Assembly (NCBI GenBank): GCA_001823165.1
Contig: MHTT01000010.1
Span: forward strand, 1-41,039
DNA: 41,039 nucleotides
DNA from: Candidatus Wildermuthbacteria bacterium RIFCSPHIGHO2_01_FULL_49_22b
GTDB taxonomy: Bacteria; Patescibacteriota; Minisyncoccia; Minisyncoccales; UBA10102
Direction of reading: 5' to 3'
Positions 25,847 to 35,554 of this stretch are shown here, piece by piece (position 1 is the first letter of the stretch; each line of letters begins with the position of its first letter). The notes under the pieces are model-generated. The model saw nothing but the letters and a program-made list of their open reading frames with translations, was not told where the DNA came from and made no database searches. The translations under genes were made by a program, and so were the position numbers.

Positions 25847-26083
25847 CTACTTTATCCTCAAAAGCTCTAAAAGCTTCTTTTCGTCAAAGCCAACCACGAT
25901 GCTGCCTCTCACATCAATGACGGGAACACCGAGCTGTCCAGACTTTTCCACCATAGCGTCTCTGGCCTGCTCGTCTTTCGCAACGTCCTTTTCTTCGTAC
26001 TCAATGTTGTTTTCCCTGAAGAACTCCTTTGCTGCCTTGCAGTACACGCACGTTGGCGTGGTATAGATGGTTACGTCTGCCAT
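25847..26083 (-). CDS. Glutaredoxin-family protein (NrdH/YruB-like)
   Basis: VTIYTTPTCVYCKAAKEFF (CxxC) and GVPVI. 78 aa. Confidence 0.9.
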   Translation of the reverse strand: MADVTIYTTPTCVYCKAAKEFFRENNIEYEEKDVAKDEQARDAMVEKSGQLGVPVIDVRGSIVVGFDEKKLLELLRIK

Positions 26084-26094
26084 ATGTTTTTTGC

Positions 26095-26406
26095 TTATTG
26101 AATAATACTCATGACCTTTTTCACCAAGGGATCATCTTTACGCAGCTCATAGCAAATCATCTTTCCCATGCGTTCCCTGTGCGCCAGCTCCACGAACTCC
26201 AGCAGGCGCAGCTGGTGGGAGGCGGCTGCAACCGACATGCCGCATACTTTTGCTACGTCGGTCACGCACAGGTCCTTTTTTTCGGAAAGCAGGCGGAAAA
26301 TCTTGAGCCGGGTTGGGTCTCCCAGCGCGGCAAACACCAAAGGTAGGCGGTCTTTGTCTCCCCGAAACGATTTTTGTATTCTCACGAGCTCTTTTTGCGC
26401 CAGCAT
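26095..26406 (-). CDS. ArsR/SmtB family transcriptional regulator
   Basis: LFAALGDPTRLKIFRLLSEKKDLCVTDVAKVCGMSVAAASHQLRLL is a classic ArsR wHTH, with Cys in the alpha3 region. Confidence 0.9.
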   Translation of the reverse strand: MLAQKELVRIQKSFRGDKDRLPLVFAALGDPTRLKIFRLLSEKKDLCVTDVAKVCGMSVAAASHQLRLLEFVELAHRERMGKMICYELRKDDPLVKKVMSIIQ

Positions 26407-26410
26407 CCCA

Positions 26411-26980
26411 TTATTTGCTCACTATGTTATCTCTCCCCCATCGAAGGGTTTGGGCCATCCATTCTAACTCATCAAGGAATCCATTGATCCCTTCCAGATA
26501 TGCTTCATCTTTCAATTCCCCCTTTGGGCCAAACGTGTTTTGCACGCTTGGGAAATTGAGATCGGCGGAAATAACCACAAGCCCCAGCTCTCGCATCACG
26601 GGAATCATATTTTCAATGACTCTGGCGCCGCCCCAGGGACCCGCTGAAACCCCTACCAGACCAACTGCCTTGTGTCTGTACTCTGGCAAGAGAAGGTCAA
26701 GCGCCGCTTTCAAAGGACCGGGATAGCCGTGATTGTATTCCGGGGTCACAATCACAAGTCCATCTGCCTTGCTCATGGCATCCCGCCACTCCGGGAACAG
26801 ACCTTTTACTGCCTGTCCGTAGTCATCTTGGGGAAACTTGAAATCCCCAACATTAAAAAGCTGTATTTCCAAGTCCTTTCGACTCTTCATTTTCTTCACC
26901 AAGAGCTTGGCAACATTCTCTGATTGTCTTCCTTCTCGGTTTGTTCCCAGAATAATGGGTATAAAAAGCTTTCTCTGCAT
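26411..26980 (-). CDS. NAD(P)H-dependent FMN reductase family oxidoreductase
   Basis: IILGTNREGRQS and LVIVTPEYNHGYPGPLKAALD are flavodoxin-like reductase motifs. Confidence 0.85.
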   Translation of the reverse strand: MQRKLFIPIILGTNREGRQSENVAKLLVKKMKSRKDLEIQLFNVGDFKFPQDDYGQAVKGLFPEWRDAMSKADGLVIVTPEYNHGYPGPLKAALDLLLPEYRHKAVGLVGVSAGPWGGARVIENMIPVMRELGLVVISADLNFPSVQNTFGPKGELKDEAYLEGINGFLDELEWMAQTLRWGRDNIVSK

Positions 26981-27046
26981 ACTTATTGATTAAACGTTTT
27001 TATAACTATCTAAACCATATCACGGACCAAAGAACCTTGTCAAATC

Positions 27047-27082
27047 CCTAAAACAAAACTGCCCCGTCATCTGACATGGCAG
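27047..27082 (-). terminator. Intrinsic terminator at the end of the atp transcription unit
   Basis: The minus strand reads CTGCC...GGCAG followed by TTTTGTTTT (stem 27059-27063 with 27078-27082). Confidence 0.5.
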
Positions 27083-27104
27083 CTTTGCGTTAAGTTTGTG
27101 TGGA

Positions 27105-27155
27105 CTAAGAGCAAGCGCACGGGTCCTGGCCACACTTGGGGCATTTGTCTTTCAT
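27105..27155 (-). CDS. Possible 16-aa Cys-rich micropeptide (speculative)
   Basis: My own translation gives MKDKCPKCGQDPCACS. It lies between the CA-like stop and the terminator. There is no convincing RBS. Confidence 0.2.
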   Translation of the reverse strand: MKDKCPKCGQDPCACS

Positions 27156-27207
27156 GAATGTTATTGTATGCCTCTCAAATCTTCTTGTCAACAAGGGTCG
27201 CCTCGGG

Positions 27208-27624
27208 CTACATGGAGACAAGTTCTCCGGAGAGACCGATAAAATAGGTCTCAATCTGATGTTGGGAAAAATGTTCCTTGAGAAGAACAGATGCTTTCTG
27301 GAGTTCCTGCCCCTGGTGTTCAAGTTCTTCCTCGGGCGTTCTAAAGGCCCCGCTCCCTCCGTATGCGCCGCAGTCCTCATGTTGGACCAGGGCAATGGTT
27401 TTGGGATGGTGAAGACGACTGGAGATCTGAAACTGCTCTAACAAAAGCTTCCTATGATCTTCATCGCTCAAGAGCCCCATGCAGCTTCCAGCCAAAGAAA
27501 TGAGGTCGTATCCCTTGGGGAAACGCTGATTAAGGTAGGTATCAAGTTCTTTCTTGAAGCGAAAATCAATGCAATGGAGCACCACTGCCTGGCAGGAATG
27601 CGACGATGGTTCCTCTGGCGCCAT
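27208..27624 (-). CDS. Beta-carbonic-anhydrase-like superfamily protein (short, 138 aa)
   Basis: It contains CxDxR (HCIDFRF) and HxxC (HEDCGAYG), the two zinc-ligand motifs of beta-class carbonic anhydrases. It starts 4 nt after the atpC stop. Confidence 0.5.
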   Translation of the reverse strand: MAPEEPSSHSCQAVVLHCIDFRFKKELDTYLNQRFPKGYDLISLAGSCMGLLSDEDHRKLLLEQFQISSRLHHPKTIALVQHEDCGAYGGSGAFRTPEEELEHQGQELQKASVLLKEHFSQHQIETYFIGLSGELVSM

Positions 27625-27628
27625 AGGG

Positions 27629-27874
27629 TTAAAAGTTTACCAATACCACGACTTCCTTGTCTTTCACCTCAACCACTCCTCCCGCAATGGGGAGCTTTGT
27701 TTCTTTTCCGTCTTCTCCCCGAATAATCACATCTCCCTCTCTGAGTTGGGAAATTAAAGGGGTGTGGCCAGCTAAAATCTGAAGCTCCCCGTCTTTTCCT
27801 GGCACGGTTAAAGACTTTGCATTCCCTGCAAATATTTCCCTGTCTATTGCAAATACCAAAAGCGGGAATGTCAT
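27629..27874 (-). CDS. atpC: F1 ATP synthase epsilon subunit, beta-sandwich domain only
   Basis: IFAGNAKSLTVPGKDGELQILAGHTPLISQLREGDVII. At 81 aa it lacks the C-terminal helical hairpin. Confidence 0.85.
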   Translation of the reverse strand: MTFPLLVFAIDREIFAGNAKSLTVPGKDGELQILAGHTPLISQLREGDVIIRGEDGKETKLPIAGGVVEVKDKEVVVLVNF

Positions 27875-27877
27875 ATT

Positions 27878-28318
27878 CTATGTATTACCATCTAAGAATG
27901 ACTTCTTCTCCAAAAATGTTCTGATCAGTCCTCTGTGACCGATAAAAATATGGTCTGGCAATTTATCTAAAGAGAACCATCTCCATTCTTTGCATCGGTC
28001 AGGCTCTTTTACTTGAGGGTCGCCCTCAATGCCATGACCGAGAAATCCTATATGGATATAATGAACATAATTTCGGTCATTATTATTATTATGGAAAGCA
28101 ATAAACTCTAGATCGTTTACATGCAACCCTGTTTCTTCTTCTAGTTCTGTTCTTGCTCTGTCTTTCATTAACTCCCCTTTTTCAAGATGTCCTCCCGGAA
28201 GCCCCCAGCCGTTGCCATCAGGCCATGTGTCTCCAATCCTTTCTCCAAGCAAAAGCTTCCCGTCTCTCACGCAGAATATATTAACCCCTATCCGAAATGA
28301 ATCTCGTTCTTGTTCCAT
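27878..28318 (-). CDS. NUDIX hydrolase
   Basis: Nudix box GGHLEKGELMKDRARTELEEETGL. It is packed 2 nt after the atpD stop and 3 nt before the atpC start. Confidence 0.9.
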   Translation of the reverse strand: MEQERDSFRIGVNIFCVRDGKLLLGERIGDTWPDGNGWGLPGGHLEKGELMKDRARTELEEETGLHVNDLEFIAFHNNNNDRNYVHYIHIGFLGHGIEGDPQVKEPDRCKEWRWFSLDKLPDHIFIGHRGLIRTFLEKKSFLDGNT

Positions 28319-28320
28319 AC

Positions 28321-29712
<1,392 letters not shown>

Positions 29713-29729
29713 TTACATCGCTGCGCTTT

Positions 29730-29757
29730 GTTAGAATGTACATTCCAACATTCTAAC
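29730..29757 (-). other. Hairpin in the atpG-atpD spacer
   Basis: gttagaatgt (29730-29739) and acattctaac (29748-29757) form a perfect 10-bp stem. ccaacatt is also repeated at 29745 and 29761. Confidence 0.7.
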
Positions 29758-29767
29758 AATCCAACAT

Positions 29768-30703
29768 TTATTCAGCAGTTAACGCTTCCTTTGCTGTTGA
29801 AATCTCAGTCAATTCTTGGGTGATGCTTGCCTGCCTTGCTTTGTTTAACGCAAGCTGCAGCTTCTCTTCAATGGCGAGCGCATTCTCGGTTGCGTTTTTC
29901 ATGGCAACCATCCTAGAAGAATGTTCAGACGCATTTGCCTCAAGGATAAAGTGCAGGATTTCCACTTGGAGCAAGTCCCTCACCAAGGTTTCAAAAATGG
30001 CTTCAGCGGTCGGCTCTAAAAGATACGGCAAGGCCTTTTCTTTTTTACCCGCTAAAGCCTCGGCGAAGGCGGGCCACTCAGAATATTTCCCGGTCTTTGG
30101 CACAATGTGCTTTATCATTTCTTCCAACTCATCCAGCTCCAAGGGCAGAATCTGATGGATTCCCGGCTTCTGGTTCAAAGCAGAGAGAAAATGGGTGGAA
30201 GCTATCATTATTTCGCTGTACCGTTCCTGCTCAAATGCCTGCAGAATCCATTCAGACAAGGGAGCTACATCATACAAGGTAACAATGTCTGAAAACTGCA
30301 GAAATTCTGAAACCGGAGTCACTCCCCTTCTCTTGAAAAAATCCCTTCCCTTTCTGCCCACCGCGACAATGTCTGCGCCGGGATTCTCCTGACACCATTG
30401 CAACGCTAAGCGCAGAACCTGGCTGTTGTAGCTGGCGCACAGCCCTTTGTCTGATGTCACAACGACCACGCACGCTTTCCCTTCTTTGTGCTGAAAGAAC
30501 ATGTTCTGCTCTTTGTCCTCCTCTTGATATGCAGAAACTGCGTACAGAAGTTCCAGGGCTTTCTTTGCAAAAGGACGCGCCCGGAGGGCCACCTCTTGGG
30601 ACTTTCTCATCTTGGTGGCAGACACCATTTCCATTGCCTTGGTTATCTGTTTGATGTTCTCCACCGTGCGGAGCTTTGATTTTAATTGCCTATGTGAAGC
30701 CAT
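29768..30703 (-). CDS. atpG: F1 ATP synthase gamma subunit
   Basis: [36 protein letters not shown] and the C-terminal [15 protein letters not shown]. Confidence 0.95.
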   Translation of the reverse strand: MASHRQLKSKLRTVENIKQITKAMEMVSATKMRKSQEVALRARPFAKKALELLYAVSAYQEEDKEQNMFFQHKEGKACVVVVTSDKGLCASYNSQVLRLALQWCQENPGADIVAVGRKGRDFFKRRGVTPVSEFLQFSDIVTLYDVAPLSEWILQAFEQERYSEIMIASTHFLSALNQKPGIHQILPLELDELEEMIKHIVPKTGKYSEWPAFAEALAGKKEKALPYLLEPTAEAIFETLVRDLLQVEILHFILEANASEHSSRMVAMKNATENALAIEEKLQLALNKARQASITQELTEISTAKEALTAE

Positions 30704-32213
30704 GGAAAAGCTGTTGTAGCTGTTCTTGCGTTTCCTCAGACAAATCTTTGCTTTCGCGGATGGTTTTTAAAACCTTCTTGCCGTTGTTTCTTAGGTACTC
30801 CAGCAGTCTCTTTTCAAAATCCCGCACTTTCTCTACCGGGGTCTCATCTAAAACCCCCTGATTTGCCGCGAACAGCACACAGACCTGTTCCTCCATGGGA
30901 AGCACTCCAAACTGCCCTTGCTTTAAGAGTTCGGTAATCCTGGATCCTCTCTCAATCCTTTTCTTGGTTGCGGGGTCTAAATCCTGGGCAAACTGCACAA
31001 AGGCAGCAAGTTCCTGGTATTGCGCCAGGTCAAGCTTTAGCTGAGAGGCAACCTTTTTCATTGCTTTACTCTGGGCGGCGCTTCCCACCCGAGATACTGA
31101 CAAACCAATGTTTACCGCCGGCCGTTGCCCTTTGGAGAACAAATCGCTCTCCAGGTAGATCTGCCCGTCGGTAATGGAGATAACGTTGGTAGGAATATAC
31201 GATGAAACGTCTCCCAGCTGGGTTTCCACGATAGGCAGGGCCGTGAGGGAGCCGCCTCCCTTCTCGCGAGAAAGCTTTGCTGCCCGTTCCAGCAGACGGG
31301 AGTGCAGATAGAATACATCTCCCGGGTAGGCCTCTCTTCCAGGGGGCCTCCTTAGCAGAAGGGCGAGCTGGCGCCACGCCCAAGCATGCTTTGAAAGGTC
31401 GTCATAGACAATAAGAACGTCTTTGCCCTTGTCCCTAAAATACTCTGCCATGCTGCACCCCGCAAAGGGGGCGACAAACCACAAGGAGGCAGGGTCAGAA
31501 GCCGAAGCCATAACCACAATGGTGTATGTCATAGCTCCCCGTTCCTCAAGTTCCCCCACCAGCTGGGCAACCTTGGAGGCCCTTTGCCCAATGGCAACAT
31601 ACACACAGATGGGCCTCGTTTCCGCAGGTTCATTCAATTGATTGAGAATGATATCTTCCACCAAAGCGGTCTTCCCAATCTGGCGGTCTCCAATAATAAG
31701 CTCGCGCTGTCCTCTTCCAATGGGAATGGCGGCGTCAATAACCTTTATGCCTGTTGCCAATGAGGTGTTCACCGACTGGCGGTCCAACACCCCGGGGGCA
31801 GGTCTCTCAATGGGAAGGGTTTCTTTGCCAGCAATGCTTCCTTTTCCATCTAAAGGAACGCCCAAAGGGTTCACCGCCCTCCCCAGCAAACTCTCTCCCA
31901 CTGGAACCGAAAGCACTTTACCTGTTCTCCTTACCAAATCTCCCTCCTGAATCTTGCTGTCCTCTCCCAGCACAACCGCCCCCACCGTGTATTCTTCCAG
32001 GTTCAAGACCAAAGCTCTGGTGGCAGAGGTATTGAGATCTCCTGGCCAGCGCGTTATTTCCACCATTTCAGAAAATACCGCATTGGGCAGACCCTCAATC
32101 TGAACCACGCCGTCTCCCACCGAGATTATTCTTCCTACCTCTTCTCCCTTCGGGCTCAGTTCCTTTCCTTCCAGTTCTTTTTGCAATATGTCAAAAATAT
32201 GATCTTGCGCCAT
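30690..32213 (-). CDS. atpA: F1 ATP synthase alpha subunit
   Basis: [15 protein letters not shown] (P-loop), [11 protein letters not shown] and [21 protein letters not shown]. Confidence 0.97.
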   Translation of the reverse strand: MAQDHIFDILQKELEGKELSPKGEEVGRIISVGDGVVQIEGLPNAVFSEMVEITRWPGDLNTSATRALVLNLEEYTVGAVVLGEDSKIQEGDLVRRTGKVLSVPVGESLLGRAVNPLGVPLDGKGSIAGKETLPIERPAPGVLDRQSVNTSLATGIKVIDAAIPIGRGQRELIIGDRQIGKTALVEDIILNQLNEPAETRPICVYVAIGQRASKVAQLVGELEERGAMTYTIVVMASASDPASLWFVAPFAGCSMAEYFRDKGKDVLIVYDDLSKHAWAWRQLALLLRRPPGREAYPGDVFYLHSRLLERAAKLSREKGGGSLTALPIVETQLGDVSSYIPTNVISITDGQIYLESDLFSKGQRPAVNIGLSVSRVGSAAQSKAMKKVASQLKLDLAQYQELAAFVQFAQDLDPATKKRIERGSRITELLKQGQFGVLPMEEQVCVLFAANQGVLDETPVEKVRDFEKRLLEYLRNNGKKVLKTIRESKDLSEETQEQLQQLFHGFT

Positions 32214-32218
32214 ATATA

Positions 32219-32605
32219 TTACAAGGACTGCACAAGTTTCTGAATTCTTTGCAGTTTCCCCCGAATGCTGTTATCCACAAGGTAGCTCTTTCCTAAAAAC
32301 ACCGCTGTCCCCCCAATCAGCTCCTTATCATACTCTTTCCTTGGCCGATATCCTCTTCTTTTGAGTTCTTGCTCCAAGGCGCTTCCCAAGGGCAGTTCTT
32401 TTGCGCTCACCACACTCGCAACTTTCCCCTTCCTTTCTTCCCACAGCCTCTGGAATTCCCGCACCACAGCGCTCAAAATCCTGACATCTCCTCTTTTTTG
32501 CAGCAGGAACTTGAATCTCCTTGCGATACCCGCCGCTTCTTTCTCTGAAGCATGAGAAAGCGCTCCCAGGAGAACCCGCGCATATGTTCTTGTTTTCTTA
32601 GACAT
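32219..32605 (-). CDS. atpH: F1 ATP synthase delta (OSCP) subunit, short form
   Basis: Assigned by its position between atpF and atpA, and by the C-terminal [26 protein letters not shown] (OSCP-like). I prefer the ATG at 32605 ([13 protein letters not shown]), which overlaps the atpF stop by 8 nt. About 128 aa. Confidence 0.75.
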   Translation of the reverse strand: MSKKTRTYARVLLGALSHASEKEAAGIARRFKFLLQKRGDVRILSAVVREFQRLWEERKGKVASVVSAKELPLGSALEQELKRRGYRPRKEYDKELIGGTAVFLGKSYLVDNSIRGKLQRIQKLVQSL

Positions 32606-33104
32606 TCTCCCTAAGATAGTTTGTGAGTTCTTTCGCCATGCGTTTTTCATCAGCTTCACTCAGTGTTCGCTCCAGAATCTTTTCTGCAACCAAAAGAGCC
32701 CTCCTTTGTATTTCCTCTTTTGCCTTGTCCACGGCATCTTCCTTTGCTCTCTCTGCTTCAATCTGGGCTTTCTCCAAGAGATCCTGGGCATTTTCTCTTG
32801 CGCCTGCCAACACTTCGCGCTCTTTTACTGAAGCTTCCGTGCGAGCCACAGCAGTTATCTCTTCTGCCTTTTTCCTTGCGTTCTCCAGCTCGCGTTTTCG
32901 CGCCTCCCCGATTCGCTCCATCTCCATCTGTGCCTTATGGGTCAGCTCCACCCCTTTTTCAATGCCCTGCTTTCTCTCGTCTAAAAACTTCAGGATTTTC
33001 TTGAACACAAAGCGATTGAGAAGCCACAACACCAGCAAAAAGTTCACTGCCTGAGCCAACAGAAGCTTTGGGTCAATCCCTAAATTGCTGAATAATTCTG
33101 ACAT
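32598..33104 (-). CDS. atpF: F0 ATP synthase b subunit
   Basis: N-terminal TM helix (LLLAQAVNFLLVLWLLNRFVFKKI), then a long charged helix. Confidence 0.9.
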   Translation of the reverse strand: MSELFSNLGIDPKLLLAQAVNFLLVLWLLNRFVFKKILKFLDERKQGIEKGVELTHKAQMEMERIGEARKRELENARKKAEEITAVARTEASVKEREVLAGARENAQDLLEKAQIEAERAKEDAVDKAKEEIQRRALLVAEKILERTLSEADEKRMAKELTNYLRENV

Positions 33105-33150
33105 CTCCTACAAATGACAAATGAATACAAATATACGAATAAAGCTACAC
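33105..33150 (-). repeat. ACAAATG/ATACGAAT-type short tandem repeats in the atpE-atpF spacer (fusA-leader look-alike)
   Basis: The minus strand reads GCTTTATTCGTATATTTGTATTCATTTGTCATTTGTAGGAG-ATG. It closely resembles the 40 nt upstream of fusA (1924-1965). Confidence 0.8.
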
Positions 33151-33160
33151 TTGCCACGCC

Positions 33161-33391
<231 letters not shown>

Positions 33392-33392
33392 C

Positions 33393-33424
33393 TAGCTTAT
33401 TAGCTTATTAGCTTTTTAGCTTAC
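33393..33424. repeat. Four phased 8-mers (TAGCTTAT)x4 in the atpB-atpE spacer
   Basis: tagcttat, tagcttat, tagctttt and tagcttac sit at an exact 8-nt period. Confidence 0.9.
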
Positions 33425-33432
33425 TAGACCTT

Positions 33433-34176
33433 TTAGTGCTCAATTTCGCTTGTTGCTATCTTCAGAAAAATCATGGTCAGCATAGCAAATACCAGGGCTT
33501 GGATAAAGCCCACAAAGAATTCCAGCAAAAGAAAAGGGAAGGGGGCAAACAAAGGAACCAAACCCATGACGATGACCAGCAGAACCTCTCCCGCAAAGAC
33601 GTTGCCAAAGAGACGAAAGGAGAAGGAAAGCACCCTGGCAAATTCCCCCACCGCCTCCAGCAGCCCCACAAAAAAATGAATGGGGCCCCTGTTGAACACC
33701 AAAAACCTTTTCGCGTGGCCCCAGAGTCCGAGTTTCTTTACGGCAAAAGAATGAATTGCAACCATGGCAACCAAGGCCAAAGCAAGGGTGGTATTCAGGT
33801 CGCTGTTGGCGGAGCGAAAGAGGGGCACGAACACTTTTTCTCCGTGGTCTGTCTCATAAAATCCAATGGAGCCGGTGCCCGGCAGCACCCCAATCCAGTT
33901 ATTGAACAGGATAAAGAGAAAAATGGTCGCAATCAAAGGGAAAAACTTCTTGGCCTGTTCCATGCTTCCCAGGGTTTGCGTCATGAAACCCAGAATGCCG
34001 TCTAACACCACTTCAACGGTTCCCTGGGCCCGATTTGGGATCACTTTCAAGGAAAAAGCGACGAAAACACCGCTTCCCACCAAGAGGAGGCCCGTCAGCA
34101 AAGAGAGTATCAAACTATTGGTAACGGGGATGCCAAATAATGTGCCTAGGGTTTCAGCTTGTAAAGATATATGCAT
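33433..34176 (-). CDS. atpB: F0 ATP synthase a subunit
   Basis: MHISLQAETLGTLFGIPVTNSLI ... RLFGNVFAGEVLL (essential Arg context). I prefer the ATG at 34176 over the TTG at 34197. Confidence 0.9.
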   Translation of the reverse strand: MHISLQAETLGTLFGIPVTNSLILSLLTGLLLVGSGVFVAFSLKVIPNRAQGTVEVVLDGILGFMTQTLGSMEQAKKFFPLIATIFLFILFNNWIGVLPGTGSIGFYETDHGEKVFVPLFRSANSDLNTTLALALVAMVAIHSFAVKKLGLWGHAKRFLVFNRGPIHFFVGLLEAVGEFARVLSFSFRLFGNVFAGEVLLVIVMGLVPLFAPFPFLLLEFFVGFIQALVFAMLTMIFLKIATSEIEH

Positions 34177-34234
34177 AAAGCAAAAAAGGCCAATCAAAAT
34201 AGAATACCATCAAGGGACGCTTTTGTAAATACGC

Positions 34235-34645
34235 TCAAAATCTTATCCTCGCTGATGAATTATGATGGGTTTCTGGCTTAAAGGGTTGGAGACGCAAAAG
34301 AGTTATGTCTTTCCCTTTTTGAGACATCCACGTGCGAAGATCGCGCTCTAAAGCATTCTGGTCGTACCCAAGGCAGATGACGTCCGGGTTCAACTCCTCG
34401 AGTACGAGGTATGCTGACTGCTGCTCGTCTCCCAACACCGCATGGTCCACCTGCTTCTCTTTTGAAACGAGGTCTTGCCTCATTTCTTCAGAATGTTTGG
34501 GTTTCTTTCCTTTCCATTTTTTCGAGGCGGAATCCCGGCCCACAATGACTATCAATTCGTCTCCGTGTTTCCTTGCCTGGGCAAATAAACTTCGGTGTCC
34601 CTCATGCACACCGTCAAAAATTCCAAATACCACCACCCGCTTCAT
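34235..34645 (-). CDS. Archaeal-type FAD synthase (RibL-like cytidylyltransferase-fold nucleotidyltransferase)
   Basis: MKRVVVFGIFDGVHEGHRSLF (HxGH) and GDELIVIVGRDSASKKWKGKKPKHSEEMRQDLV parallel my recollection of the Methanocaldococcus RibL pattern. I prefer the ATG at 34645. Confidence 0.65.
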   Translation of the reverse strand: MKRVVVFGIFDGVHEGHRSLFAQARKHGDELIVIVGRDSASKKWKGKKPKHSEEMRQDLVSKEKQVDHAVLGDEQQSAYLVLEELNPDVICLGYDQNALERDLRTWMSQKGKDITLLRLQPFKPETHHNSSARIRF

Positions 34646-34716
34646 AAGAGAATTTACAATTTTCAATTCTCAATTTTCATTGAATTTTCGGTTTTCAATA
34701 ATTCAATGATTGAAAA
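34646..34716. repeat. TTTTCAAT/ATTGAAAA repeat-rich spacer
   Basis: caattttcaattctcaattttcattgaattttcggttttcaataattcaatgattgaaaat contains direct and inverted copies of one motif. Confidence 0.8.
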
Positions 34717-35484
34717 TTATGTACCGCCGCCTTTGCGCCACTTCACGGCCTTGAGCAACGGGGCGTAGAGGTCGTCTTTCAAAGGCATCTTGAGTTTCTC
34801 CAGTTCTTTCTTGGTCGGGTTTCTCTGCTGGAAACGCACAAAAGGAATATCTTCAATGACCGCCAAAGGTGTTTGCTCGACCCCTTCTCCCATTACCAGC
34901 ACGGCAGCGGTGCCCAGGGCGTCAGCTACCGCAGCAGACGTCATCTTGAAAGGCCTGCCGAACAGATCGGGCTTTCCAATGTAAGAGTTCAAAGCAGAGA
35001 ACCCGCTGTGCGCCAAGACAAACACGCCCCGTTGGCCCCATCTCAAGGGAACGGATGTGGTGTCGGTAATAATAACGCCGATGTTCCTTTTCCTGTGCTT
35101 TTTTACTAAGTGTTCCCTGATTTTGTTTGCAGATTTTTGGGGATCTTTGGGCCACAAGACAAAATATCCCCCAGCGTTGGACTCATCCACTCCAGAAGAA
35201 AAGTTGATGGCGTTTCCCTTTACGGTGAGCAACACATTATATTTGCTGCTGGAACGGGGCAAGTACAATTCCGCTTCCCTGACAATCAGCTGGTCCTTGA
35301 GTTTGTTCTTTTCCTTCTCGTCCTTGGGGATGAGAATCGCCCTTCCTTGACACAAAGCTACTATCTTTGAGGTTACTGCCACCACGCTCCTGTCTTGGAG
35401 CCGGGGAAGATACCGGTCCACAATCTCCAGGATGCTGGCATATTGGGGAGTTATCTTTCTTGTCTTCACGCCCGTAACCTTCAT
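34717..35484 (-). CDS. CofE-like (F420-0:gamma-glutamyl ligase family) protein
   Basis: VVAVTSKIVALCQGR, GVDESNAGG, IGVIITDT and AAVADALGTAAVLVMGEG follow the CofE/FbiB N-domain pattern. Confidence 0.75.
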   Translation of the reverse strand: MKVTGVKTRKITPQYASILEIVDRYLPRLQDRSVVAVTSKIVALCQGRAILIPKDEKEKNKLKDQLIVREAELYLPRSSSKYNVLLTVKGNAINFSSGVDESNAGGYFVLWPKDPQKSANKIREHLVKKHRKRNIGVIITDTTSVPLRWGQRGVFVLAHSGFSALNSYIGKPDLFGRPFKMTSAAVADALGTAAVLVMGEGVEQTPLAVIEDIPFVRFQQRNPTKKELEKLKMPLKDDLYAPLLKAVKWRKGGGT

Positions 35485-35554
35485 ACGAAAGGATTATAGC
35501 AGAGAAACAAAGAATATAGTAGAATAACGGCATAATTCCAGAACCCGTAAACCA

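Noticed and set aside
33436-34005. 189-aa plus-strand ORF
   Set aside because: It is antisense to atpB (a subunit). Its translation is highly charged and low-complexity.
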